Shown: in pieces, positions 29,724 to 38,869 of the stretch | How positions within the stretch are numbered: position 1 is the first letter of the stretch | How the letters are laid out: each line of letters opens with the position of its first letter | Assembly: GCA_045654745.1 (NCBI GenBank) | Contig: JAZONW010000015.1 | Span: forward strand, 2,250 to 66,249 | Direction of reading: 5' to 3' | Origin: Victivallaceae bacterium | Lineage (GTDB): Bacteria > Verrucomicrobiota > Lentisphaeria > Victivallales > Victivallaceae | Length of the DNA stretch: 64,000 bases | Program-made: the position numbers and the translations under genes | Notes under the pieces: model-generated | Database searches by the model: none | What the model was told of the DNA's origin: nothing | The model's input: only the letters and a program-made list of their open reading frames with translations

Positions 29724-30797
29724 TTATACAGCAGTTTTATTATTTTCCTCTGTCACAAAATTAAAAAAGCCATTCATGAAATCCGGTATGTCGTTGCGTT
29801 CAAATTCCATATTTATACCACTTCCCGTCAGATAGATGAAACTGCTGGTGAATTTAGCCCGCAAAGTTATCGAGCAATTTTGATTGAGCAATTTGAAAAT
29901 CAGGATCTCTGTCGGCAAACTGCCGGCCATATATTTTATTTGGTTTTGACCGTCGCTTTTTTTATCCTTTATATGCGGATGATATTTTACAATAAGCGCA
30001 TCATATTTTTTCAAATCACTCTCATCATAAATCGCGGTACCGCTCCATTCAGTCGGCAGTAGAAGCACTTCTTGATCTTTCATTTCATCCAGCCACGGAT
30101 AAGCGGAAAAATCAAAAAAACGATCCAGTTTTTTAAAGTTTTCGCAAGGGGAAAATTTCAATTGACGCAGAACTTTTCTTGAACGGCACGGGATCAGGGG
30201 GTATTGCGGATAATAAAGGTGGATCTCTTTTGTCCACTTGCTGGTATTGATACCGGTACCGCAACCGGAAATAAGATGGGCAAGTTCTCTTATCCATTCA
30301 AAACATAATTTACTTATCCAGCGGTGTTTGGCAAGAAAGGGATGGTAAATGGAAAAGGCAACATCGGATTTTGCATAGTTGCCGATGCCTTCCTCAATCA
30401 GGCAAATCCTGCATTTGCGATTGTGCAGTTCTTTCATGAAAAAATTGTTTATTACGCCGTAATCCATCGCATTCCAGTACACTGCAATATTTTTTATTGG
30501 CAGAATGCTCGCCTGCGCCTCTTCTTCCTGATTGAAAAATTCCACCATATCCCACGATGAATCCGTTTCGCGGATGAAATCAGTGAATTTCGCGGCATCG
30601 GCAAATGCGTTTACGACAATGAGCAGGGAAAAAGCATTGGCATCCAGATCAATTGCTTTGAGATTCATGTATTGCAGCGGTTTGGTAATTAAAAAAATGT
30701 GAACAGGTTTTCCGTTGCTGATTTGATTTACCCGGCCGGCAAATTGACGGTCACACTTTTTGCCAAGCAACAGACAATTTAAAAATCTGGTTACCAT
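29724..30797 (-). CDS. Putative sialyltransferase (GT52-like)
   Basis: HIFLITKPLQYMN (compare the TxxQ region of Neisseria Lst). LIEEGIGNY matches the D/E-D/E-G motif and VKYHPH matches the HP motif. Co-located with NeuB/NeuA-family genes. Confidence 0.5.
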   Translation of the reverse strand: MVTRFLNCLLLGKKCDRQFAGRVNQISNGKPVHIFLITKPLQYMNLKAIDLDANAFSLLIVVNAFADAAKFTDFIRETDSSWDMVEFFNQEEEAQASILPIKNIAVYWNAMDYGVINNFFMKELHNRKCRICLIEEGIGNYAKSDVAFSIYHPFLAKHRWISKLCFEWIRELAHLISGCGTGINTSKWTKEIHLYYPQYPLIPCRSRKVLRQLKFSPCENFKKLDRFFDFSAYPWLDEMKDQEVLLLPTEWSGTAIYDESDLKKYDALIVKYHPHIKDKKSDGQNQIKYMAGSLPTEILIFKLLNQNCSITLRAKFTSSFIYLTGSGINMEFERNDIPDFMNGFFNFVTEENNKTAV

Positions 30798-30810
30798 TTT
30801 TGAAAAACCT

Positions 30811-32250
30811 TTATATATTCATTTTTTTATTGTTCAAGAGTTTTAGAGCACTGCCGGTGACGGTTTGCAATTTTTTGAAATTCAACCCAACAAAAATAAC
30901 CAGCGGTATCCACAAAACAGTTCTTTGCGGATACAGGAATACCAGCAGCAGCGAGCCGAGATAAAGCGGCAGCAGGCGTAGAGAAATGCTCTCCTGCCAT
31001 CGTTTGCGTTGCTGCATAAGTTTTTGTGCATACAGATTAAGCACCAGCGAATAGGTGCCGTAGGTCATTAATGTCGCACAGATGATATGATCAAACCTTA
31101 CATTTAAATATGCCAGAAACAAAGCGAGAGTTATATTCAATACCAAGGCTCCGGAAGTCATAAATACAAGTTTCATTTCTTTGTTTTGAGCAAGTAAAAA
31201 TGTGTTGTACGCAAAGCAGTTGGAATACATGATAAGGGTGAAAACTATCAGGATGAAAGGTTCAAAGCTGTTACTGTATTTTGGGACAAATACAAAAAAC
31301 ATCCATGCCGCGGCCAATATTACATACAGCAAAGCGTGCATAGCGTACAAATAAGTTTCGCGCATTTTGGATATCGCATTAAAAGCTTTGTCCATATTGT
31401 TCCCCTTGAGAATATCTATCATCTTGGGGAAAATCAGAAAAATGAGACTGTCTATCAACAGCAGAACCCCGTGTGCGAGGGAGAACCCAAACGCAAAATA
31501 ACTGAATTCCTCCACCGGATAATATTTGCTGATCACTGTTTTGGTTGACAGTACGATAAAACTGAAACCGGCATTATACAGAAAAAGGCAAAAGCCTTTG
31601 TAAAAAACTTCTTTCATTACAGGCAGTGAAATTTTACCGGCAGAACTTATGGTACCGGTGCAAAGGTAAATTACTATTCCAGCGGCAAAAGAGAGCAGAT
31701 ACGCCGCCAGCAGAGACCAGAGCAGAGTTTTGCCGGAAGCAAAAAACAGCAACAGCAGCATACAAACAGGCCACATCGTCTGGGCGATCGTAATTTCCCA
31801 TATCCGGTTTTTCACCCTGACGACATTCATCATAAAAGATGCAAAATAAGAGAGGATGATCAGCATAGCAACGGCATAAACCGCATTGCCAAGATCGTAT
31901 TTCGCAAATAGAGAAATACCGAAAATGCGGTCATAAACGGCAACCAGCACTGGAGGCAGGCTTATCAAAAAATTCAACACGAGAGCGTTGAAAAGATAAT
32001 TTCTGGATTTATCCTGATTTTCCTTGTTTTGCACAAGCAAAATAGTTATGGCGTTGCCGATACCCCAGTTGCAGGTCGAACCGATGTTGAAGAGCAAAAG
32101 TATAAAGCTCCAGATGCCGAAATAATAGACTCCGAGTTTATTCGCAGTAAAAATAGATGCGACAAACAACAGTCCCAGAGATAAATACCGGCTGCAAATA
32201 TACCAGAAAAATTTGTTTTTTAGTATTGAAAAAAATAAATTTCCAAGCAT
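30811..32250 (-). CDS. wzx: Wzx-type polysaccharide flippase (MOP superfamily)
   Basis: 479 aa with about 12-14 TM helices, in a typical position in a Wzy-dependent locus. Confidence 0.75.
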   Translation of the reverse strand: MLGNLFFSILKNKFFWYICSRYLSLGLLFVASIFTANKLGVYYFGIWSFILLLFNIGSTCNWGIGNAITILLVQNKENQDKSRNYLFNALVLNFLISLPPVLVAVYDRIFGISLFAKYDLGNAVYAVAMLIILSYFASFMMNVVRVKNRIWEITIAQTMWPVCMLLLLFFASGKTLLWSLLAAYLLSFAAGIVIYLCTGTISSAGKISLPVMKEVFYKGFCLFLYNAGFSFIVLSTKTVISKYYPVEEFSYFAFGFSLAHGVLLLIDSLIFLIFPKMIDILKGNNMDKAFNAISKMRETYLYAMHALLYVILAAAWMFFVFVPKYSNSFEPFILIVFTLIMYSNCFAYNTFLLAQNKEMKLVFMTSGALVLNITLALFLAYLNVRFDHIICATLMTYGTYSLVLNLYAQKLMQQRKRWQESISLRLLPLYLGSLLLVFLYPQRTVLWIPLVIFVGLNFKKLQTVTGSALKLLNNKKMNI

Positions 32251-32287
32251 AATGCAATCAGACTTTCGGCACGGAGGTCAGGTTAAA

Positions 32288-33100
32288 TTAAAATTTAAAA
32301 CGCTTTATAAAGAAAAATTCGCCATCAGGATAGTTCCCGCAGTATTCGTATCCCATTCTGGTGTAAAGCGAGTGGGCTCTGATGTTGGCAGGCACGCTGG
32401 TCAACATGATACCGCCGCAATCTTTTGACGCGGCATACTCATCGGCATGATTCAGGAGGATCCTGCCCAGATGTTTGCCTTTCCAGCTTTCTCTCACTGC
32501 GATGCCGAGCCAGGGGATTTTTGTGTCCAGATCCCAGAGGAAGACATATCCGGCAATTATTTCAGTTCCTCCCTGTTTGGCAATTGCTGCAAAATGAGCC
32601 TGATCTTTGGCACCTCTGCCGGCAAAAAAGTCCGTCGCCCGGATAAGATTGACGTCGTTGCGGTTAAACATGGCTCTGGTGTCGCCAGCCATCTGACCGA
32701 AAAAATCCAACAGCATCGGCAGATCATCCGGAGTCAATTCACGCATAACGGTTTCGGCGACATTTACACTGTCAAAAGAGGAAACGATATCCAGCACCAC
32801 CAAATTTTCATCAACGATGGGTACAGCACTGATATTGTGCTCGACCAGGAAGCGTTCTGCATGGCTTCTCTCAGTGTCAAAGAGAAATTTCGGGTGACGG
32901 TTGATCGCATTTTTTACATTGTCAGAGAGAGAACCGCCAGTTAATATAAAACGCCGTATGTCGCCATCATTGACAACACCTGTCAATCTGTCGTTTTCGA
33001 CAAGGAAAAGATTTTTTTTGCCGTGTTTGTTGAGTTTTTCCAGGACATCGTGCAGTGTTTCACTGCCATCGATGAAATATTCGATAAGGTTTTTATCCAT
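32288..33100 (-). CDS. CBS-pair + GNAT N-acetyltransferase fusion
   Basis: N-terminal CBS pair (LFLVENDRLTGVVNDGDIRR..., ISAVPIVDENLVVLDIV). C-terminal GNAT (GIAVRESWKGKHLGRILLNHADEYA). The ATG at 33100 (MDKNLIEY) is preferred over the track start. Confidence 0.7.
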   Translation of the reverse strand: MDKNLIEYFIDGSETLHDVLEKLNKHGKKNLFLVENDRLTGVVNDGDIRRFILTGGSLSDNVKNAINRHPKFLFDTERSHAERFLVEHNISAVPIVDENLVVLDIVSSFDSVNVAETVMRELTPDDLPMLLDFFGQMAGDTRAMFNRNDVNLIRATDFFAGRGAKDQAHFAAIAKQGGTEIIAGYVFLWDLDTKIPWLGIAVRESWKGKHLGRILLNHADEYAASKDCGGIMLTSVPANIRAHSLYTRMGYEYCGNYPDGEFFFIKRFKF

Positions 33101-33114
33101 GACCTCTCCGTGAT

Positions 33115-33837
33115 TTATAAAACACATGAAACTGTTTTTTTATGGCGCTGTTTCAGATAGTTTAAGACACATTCTGCAAAATCAAAATCTTCTTGATTGT
33201 CAATATCAACCGCATTTTCCCATGGGATTTCAAAAAAACGATGTCCCGTGCCGTAAAAATTTTTTTCTTTTTTTAATGCTGCGGCTTGGGCAACCCAGAT
33301 CGCTCCGGTCGGGCAGAACAAATCAGGCAGATCTTGTGAACGGACAAAAGTGTTTTTGAAAAGTTTTTCCCCTTTTCCCTGATTATCAACAGATAATGCC
33401 CACCATGGATTCATCCAGCCAAATTTGAATACGGACAAGGAAAAGGTGTTGTTATTGCTCATATGGAAATTAAAGATGTCCAACAGATTTTGTGTTGTTT
33501 TCAAAGGGCAGTTTGCCATCAGCTGCACGACATGGTCATAACGTTCGCCGAAATACTCTTCTGCTTGAATGAGGGCTGTCAAAGTTGCTTCGCTTACGGG
33601 GGTATGGTCATCGGCACAACTCTGTCTCAAAAACGGTACCTCTGCACCATATTCGAGTGCTGTTTGAGCAATTTCTTCCGAGTCAGTACTAACTATGATA
33701 TGCTTGAATATTCCACTTCCTTCGGCTACTTTTATTGAGTGCGCAATCATTGGGATACCGTCAAACGGCATAATATTTTTGCCAGGCATTCGCTTTGAGC
33801 CGCCACGGGCAGGTATTATGGCAATGCAATTTGACAT
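33115..33837 (-). CDS. neuA: CMP-nonulosonic acid synthetase (acylneuraminate cytidylyltransferase family)
   Basis: IAIIPARGGSKRMPGKNI N-terminal motif and RSQDLP. The ATG at 33837 lies 1 nt after the neuB-family stop. The exact sugar (Neu5Ac, Pse, Leg or KDN) is not resolvable by eye. Confidence 0.7.
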   Translation of the reverse strand: MSNCIAIIPARGGSKRMPGKNIMPFDGIPMIAHSIKVAEGSGIFKHIIVSTDSEEIAQTALEYGAEVPFLRQSCADDHTPVSEATLTALIQAEEYFGERYDHVVQLMANCPLKTTQNLLDIFNFHMSNNNTFSLSVFKFGWMNPWWALSVDNQGKGEKLFKNTFVRSQDLPDLFCPTGAIWVAQAAALKKEKNFYGTGHRFFEIPWENAVDIDNQEDFDFAECVLNYLKQRHKKTVSCVL

Positions 33838-33838
33838 T

Positions 33839-34897
33839 TTATCTGATATCCTCCCAGCGCAAAACATCATCTTCAAGAATATCTCTTGCTGCAGTTCTGC
33901 CGTAAATATTGAATATTTCATTCGGGGGGATGCCCAGACCGGGGCGTTTGGCTGTCAGGTCTTCGGGAGATATGACAGTCCCTTGGGGGATTGGACGCAA
34001 AGCAACCACGCTGCGACGGAATTTTAATTTTTTTGCTTCTTCGTCTGCAGATACCGTCCGTTGCAGGCTGCCCATTGATTTTGCAATGATTTTGGATTCC
34101 TGAACAATCATTTTCATTTCTTCCGGATCGGCGGAAATCATATGATCCCACCCCGGCAGGTCTTTGTCAATGGTAAAGTGTTTTTCGATAACACAAGCTC
34201 CGAGAGCAACTGACGAAATGGGAATGGAATACCCCATTGAGTGATCGGAAAAACCGACCGGGTAGCCAAAGGTCTGCTGAAGCATTGTTATGTTACGCAG
34301 GTTTATGTCTTCGTATTTTGGCGGATAAATAGCAATACAATGAAGCAGCACAATATTGTGATTACCTTCGTTTTCAATCGTCTTGACAGCTGTTGCAATT
34401 TCCTCCAGCGTACTCATTCCGGTAGAAAGAAGAACAGGTTTGCCGCTTTTGGCTATATGTTTCAGCAGGAGCAGGTTGTTGATGTCCATTGAAGCTACTT
34501 TATGAAAAGCCACACCCACTTTGTCAAGAAGATTAACTTCCTCATTGGCAAACGGGCTAGAGGAGAAATCAATTTCATGCTTGTCGCAGAATTCTTTTAA
34601 CTCAAAGTGCTGCTCCGGGCGGAGATAGTATTTTTCGCACATTTCGCGAAGAGAACCGAAATGTTTTTTAGGGCTGTCATTGTATTTGGTATTACGGTCA
34701 TATTCTTCTCTGGCAATCAGTGTCGCCGGAGACCAGGACTGGAACTTGACAGAATCGACACCGCATTCTTTGGCTGCCAAGATCATTTCTTTTGCAAGAA
34801 TCATATCGCCATTGTGATTAGAACCAATTTCCGCAATGATGTACGGTTCGCAAAAGTTATAGAGTTTTTTGTTTTGCGTTAACTGTATTGTGTCCAT
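33839..34897 (-). CDS. neuB: Nonulosonic acid synthase (NeuB/PseI/LegI family) with C-terminal SAF domain
   Basis: YIIAEIGSNHNGD...VDSVKFQ...GFSDHS...EKHFT motifs, 352 aa. First gene of the glycan operon. Confidence 0.8.
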   Translation of the reverse strand: MDTIQLTQNKKLYNFCEPYIIAEIGSNHNGDMILAKEMILAAKECGVDSVKFQSWSPATLIAREEYDRNTKYNDSPKKHFGSLREMCEKYYLRPEQHFELKEFCDKHEIDFSSSPFANEEVNLLDKVGVAFHKVASMDINNLLLLKHIAKSGKPVLLSTGMSTLEEIATAVKTIENEGNHNIVLLHCIAIYPPKYEDINLRNITMLQQTFGYPVGFSDHSMGYSIPISSVALGACVIEKHFTIDKDLPGWDHMISADPEEMKMIVQESKIIAKSMGSLQRTVSADEEAKKLKFRRSVVALRPIPQGTVISPEDLTAKRPGLGIPPNEIFNIYGRTAARDILEDDVLRWEDIR

Positions 34898-35089
34898 AGT
34901 TTATGCCTCCTTTGCCAATCATTAATTGGTTTTACATGTAACTGCTATAAATATAGCATCTTTTACAGCAATTGCAAATAATGTAGTAAAACGGTGCAAA
35001 TTGGTTGTCTGCTTTGTTGCAGATCGGTTGAAGTCATGCTATATTATAAATGTTGTCAGATGTTTGTTAGCATAAGGTTATGGTGATTT

Positions 35090-35881
35090 ATGGAAAAGTT
35101 TTTGCCTGTGCAGGGAATGAGTGAATTACTGAAAATCCATTTCTGCTGTTATGAGGAAAATATTTTTCCTTGGATACAGGATGATCTGACGACTCCCTCC
35201 TGGCGTTTTTACTGGAATAAAACTCCCGGGGGGTGTCTCAAAGTCGGAAACAGCATCATCCCGCTTGTGCCGGAAAAATTTTATATCATCCCCGGTTATC
35301 TGCAATTTTCCACTTTCGCAGAAACCCATTTTTCACAGTTTTATATCCACTTCAACCTCTCTGACCGCATCTCTCTGCCGCAGGAGATTTTTACCCTGGA
35401 TGCCGATCCGGAAATTATTGCAGTCATAGAAAAATTCATCGCCCGTCCGCAGGTGTGGGAAAACTGTCAACTCACTCACCTGACGGCAGTTTCGGTTTTG
35501 GGGACATCGCTGTTGCGGCTGGATGAAAAATTATTCACAATGCCGCCGGAATATGACCCGGCGATAGAAAAAGTTATCGGCTTTATCGACCGTCACCTTG
35601 ATAAAATTTATACCAATGAGTATCTCGCCGGGCTCGCCGGGATCAGCCGCAACGGTTTTATCCGCTCTTTTGCCGCTCAAACCGGAGAGTCCCCGCAGAA
35701 TTACTGCCGCCGGAAACGTATAGAAAAAGGCTGTGAATTGCTTCAATTCACAGACCTTTCCATAGATGAGATCGCTGAAAAGACCGGATTTTCCGATCGT
35801 TTCCATTTTTCCCGGGTTTTCTGGAAAACTGTCCATACCAATCCCGGAGCATTTCGCCGGCAAATGCGGCGGCGCAAGTGA
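35090..35881 (+). CDS. AraC family transcriptional regulator
   Basis: C-terminal double HTH (YLAGLAGISRNGFIRSFAAQTGESPQNYCRRKRIEKGCELL...IAEKTGFSDRFHFSRVF). Confidence 0.85.
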   Translation: MEKFLPVQGMSELLKIHFCCYEENIFPWIQDDLTTPSWRFYWNKTPGGCLKVGNSIIPLVPEKFYIIPGYLQFSTFAETHFSQFYIHFNLSDRISLPQEIFTLDADPEIIAVIEKFIARPQVWENCQLTHLTAVSVLGTSLLRLDEKLFTMPPEYDPAIEKVIGFIDRHLDKIYTNEYLAGLAGISRNGFIRSFAAQTGESPQNYCRRKRIEKGCELLQFTDLSIDEIAEKTGFSDRFHFSRVFWKTVHTNPGAFRRQMRRRK

Positions 35882-35885
35882 TTTT

Positions 35886-37148
35886 TCAGCGTTTTGCCAA
35901 TACGCTTTTTTCGTAATCAGCAATTTCTGCGCTGACGGCATAATCAACCGGCACATCGCGGCTGATGCAGTAATGATCCCATACCGCTCCCCACGGCAGA
36001 TTTTTTGCCGCTTCCTGCAAAATCAGACGGTTGGTGAAATCTCCTTTGGCTTCGGCGGCACAGGCTTCTTGTGTTGGAGTCAGCAGTGCGCAGAGCAGTG
36101 ATTTCTGCCAGCATCTCGCACCGACAACCCACGCCGCAATGCGGTTGATGCTGGCGTCAAAGTAATCCAGTGTACAGAAAATGTTTTTTCCGCCGTCACA
36201 GTTGCGGACGGTTTCTGCCGCCAATGCCCGCAAGTTGTCATCAAACACAGTGACGTGGTCACTGTCCCAGCGGACGCCGCGGCTGATGTGGAGCAGGATC
36301 TTGCCCTGCTGGCAGGTAATGGAGGAAATTTTGTCGGCGATGGATTCAGTCGGATGAAAATGTCCGGTGTCAAGGCAGATGAGTTTATTGTTTTTTGCCG
36401 CATAAGTGAGATAGAAATCGTGAGAACCCACAGTGTAGGATTCCACACCGATACCGAAAAGTTTGGATTCTACGGCATCCAGAAGTTCGCTTTCCGGGAA
36501 TTTTTCCTCAAAGGTGGCATCCAGACTTGCCAGCAGTCTTTCCCGCGGGGCACGGCGGTCGGAGGGAGTATCTTTGTAACCGTCCGGCACCCAGATGTTG
36601 CAGACGCAGGGAATACCGGTTTTGCGGGCAAATTCCGCACCGATCCGGCGGCAGGCTTTGCCGTGATCCACCCAGAAACGACGGATGGCTGGATCTTCGT
36701 GAGAAAGCGACAGCCCGTGGTCAAGTTTCGGATGGGAATAATATGCCGGGGCGATATCCAGACCGATTTTTTTATCCACTGCCCAGGCCATCCAGCCGGA
36801 GAAATTGTCAATAGTATAACTGTCGCGATCCTGCCCTTTAGCTATACTGTCAACTTCATGGCCCTGCAGACAGACTTTAAGACTTTTGGCGGGGAGCAGC
36901 GAGAGTGCCTTATCCAGATCCTGCCGCAGTTCATCGGAATTTCCGGCTCTGCCGGGATAGTTGCCGGTGACCTGACAGCCGCCGGTGAGAGCGTGAGTGG
37001 AAGCTTCAAACCCGGCGACATCATCGCCCTGCCAGGCATGAATACTCAAAGTGATCTTATCCAGCGTCTGCAGTACTTTTTCGGTGTCGATACCGTACTG
37101 ACTGTAAATTTCACTGGCGACAGAATAAAGTTTGCTGATTTTGTCCAT
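35886..37148 (-). CDS. rhaA: L-rhamnose isomerase
   Basis: LDKITLSIHAWQGDDVAGFE closely parallels E. coli RhaA [20 protein letters not shown]. 420 aa. Confidence 0.88.
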   Translation of the reverse strand: MDKISKLYSVASEIYSQYGIDTEKVLQTLDKITLSIHAWQGDDVAGFEASTHALTGGCQVTGNYPGRAGNSDELRQDLDKALSLLPAKSLKVCLQGHEVDSIAKGQDRDSYTIDNFSGWMAWAVDKKIGLDIAPAYYSHPKLDHGLSLSHEDPAIRRFWVDHGKACRRIGAEFARKTGIPCVCNIWVPDGYKDTPSDRRAPRERLLASLDATFEEKFPESELLDAVESKLFGIGVESYTVGSHDFYLTYAAKNNKLICLDTGHFHPTESIADKISSITCQQGKILLHISRGVRWDSDHVTVFDDNLRALAAETVRNCDGGKNIFCTLDYFDASINRIAAWVVGARCWQKSLLCALLTPTQEACAAEAKGDFTNRLILQEAAKNLPWGAVWDHYCISRDVPVDYAVSAEIADYEKSVLAKR

Positions 37149-37210
37149 AAAAACACCTCTTAAACAAGTTTTTATCCGTTTGTGATGAAATATAACCCGT
37201 CAAAAGATTT

Positions 37211-37227
37211 TATCCTATGGATATAAA
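37211..37227. promoter_or_regulatory. Operator-like motif TATCCTATGGATATAAA upstream of rhaA
   Basis: Contains the palindrome TATCC-N3-GGATA. A 16/17 identical copy lies at 38744-38760. Confidence 0.4.
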
Positions 37228-37275
37228 TTGCTATTTTATGAATAATTGAAACAGTTGCGGCATGTTGTTGTTGGT

Positions 37276-38709
37276 TTATCTGCCGCGCCAGATGAATTTT
37301 TCACCCCAGAAAGGCATCAGCGCATCTTTTGAATATTTCCGGCAGATATCCATGTCTCCACTCAAATTGCCATAAGGGAGTATCCAGAAAAAGGGTTTGC
37401 AGTGACGCATTTCAAGCGAGTGTGAGATGAGGGCATATTGCGGTTTGATTTCCCGGATCATTTTGTCAATCAACAGTTTTCCGCCTGGACGGGGATTGCA
37501 GATAAAAAAATCAATCTTGCTGTCCGGAACATAATTTTCGTGAAAAGAGGCATCACCGGTATGGTAGATGATGCAGTCATCATCACTTTGACCGCATTTG
37601 ATTAGATATTGATTCATCAATATGGCATCGTTACCGGGATTGGCACCTTGATGGTTTTTGGTGATTTTTACCGATATATTTTTGAAATCAAATTGCGCTG
37701 GGGGAAGCATTTTGAACGGTGAATCATAGAAATTTGAAATGATCGGTTTTCCCATAGCTTTCATTTTTTCCATAAGCGGCGAATTATAGTGATCTGCGTG
37801 TTTGTGGGTAATCAGCAGGAAGTCAAGCACTTCTGCCAATTTTACTGCCCGGCGGTGGTCAATGTCGATTCCGAAACAACTGTCTGCCGTTTTGATCACA
37901 TACCCGGTGTTATAAACCATAAAAAGTGCAATCTCTTTGCCGGACAATTGTGTGTTTTTTATATTGTTGAGAGTTTTATCTATGGCACTTTCATAGAAAT
38001 ACAGGATCGGATATTTTTCGCAATACTGCTTGAGGCGTTTGGGCTCCATATACGGTTGGGAAACAAAATCTTTGAAAACATTTTGATCCATTGCGATTAC
38101 AGCATTGTTAAGGATTTTTTCCATAACACAGCGTTTTTTTGTGTTTACAGCGGGGTACTCCATTGCTTCTGCAAGTTTTTGGAGTTTTTCCACAGTGGGA
38201 GTTTCGTCAGCGATATTGCGGAGGGGAACTTCGCCAAAGGCAAAAGAAATTGTCCCCGGGGCACCGATGTTGACATTTGCAATCAACAGATTTTTACCCT
38301 TTTTTAGCGAAAATTCGGCAATAAAGTTTTCTTTGTCTGCCTGTTCAAATGGACGATTACCGTATTCGCGATGATCGACTATTTTTCTGCCGTTGAGCAA
38401 AATTTCAAATTTTGATCTCGCTCCGTATCCCCAGACCTTTAGCATATCTTTACCGGAAATGATTTCCTGCATAAAAACGCCGGAACTTACGGGTGCAGAT
38501 TCATTTTTTGCACTCCAGAAGTCGTTTTTGTCAAAAGTTATTTTTTTGCCTTTGACTCCGTTGAGACTCTCCGGAATAGATGTCAATACGGCAAGACTTT
38601 CAGTTTTGACATTCTGCACCGGAAAAAAAGTCCATTCTTTGCTTATAACAACATCAGCCAAAAGGGAGAATACACAAATAAACGCTGCCACAGATAGAAA
38701 ATTTTTCAT
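37276..38709 (-). CDS. Secreted protein with C-terminal MBL-fold metallo-hydrolase domain
   Basis: Signal peptide MKNFLSVAAFICVFSLLA. HxHxDH motif (THKHADHYN). The N-terminal 250 aa are unassigned. Confidence 0.55.
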   Translation of the reverse strand: MKNFLSVAAFICVFSLLADVVISKEWTFFPVQNVKTESLAVLTSIPESLNGVKGKKITFDKNDFWSAKNESAPVSSGVFMQEIISGKDMLKVWGYGARSKFEILLNGRKIVDHREYGNRPFEQADKENFIAEFSLKKGKNLLIANVNIGAPGTISFAFGEVPLRNIADETPTVEKLQKLAEAMEYPAVNTKKRCVMEKILNNAVIAMDQNVFKDFVSQPYMEPKRLKQYCEKYPILYFYESAIDKTLNNIKNTQLSGKEIALFMVYNTGYVIKTADSCFGIDIDHRRAVKLAEVLDFLLITHKHADHYNSPLMEKMKAMGKPIISNFYDSPFKMLPPAQFDFKNISVKITKNHQGANPGNDAILMNQYLIKCGQSDDDCIIYHTGDASFHENYVPDSKIDFFICNPRPGGKLLIDKMIREIKPQYALISHSLEMRHCKPFFWILPYGNLSGDMDICRKYSKDALMPFWGEKFIWRGR

Positions 38710-38743
38710 AAAACGACCTGCTGTAAGTGATTTTACCGATGAA

Positions 38744-38760
38744 TATCCTGTGGATATAAA
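38744..38760. promoter_or_regulatory. Second copy of the operator-like motif (TATCCTGTGGATATAAA)
   Basis: 35-51 nt upstream of the MBL-domain gene start. It sits in the divergent intergenic region shared with the 38870 gene. Confidence 0.4.
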
Positions 38761-38869
38761 ATAGTACCAATGACAAAAAAAATCAATTAAAGGCTTGTAA
38801 AAAAATATACCGATGTTATATTGTGTGGAGAATTATTGAGCTGATATGTAATATAGGAGAGGAGCTCAA

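Noticed and set aside
36255-37163. 302-aa plus-strand ORF
   Set aside because: It is antisense to rhaA.
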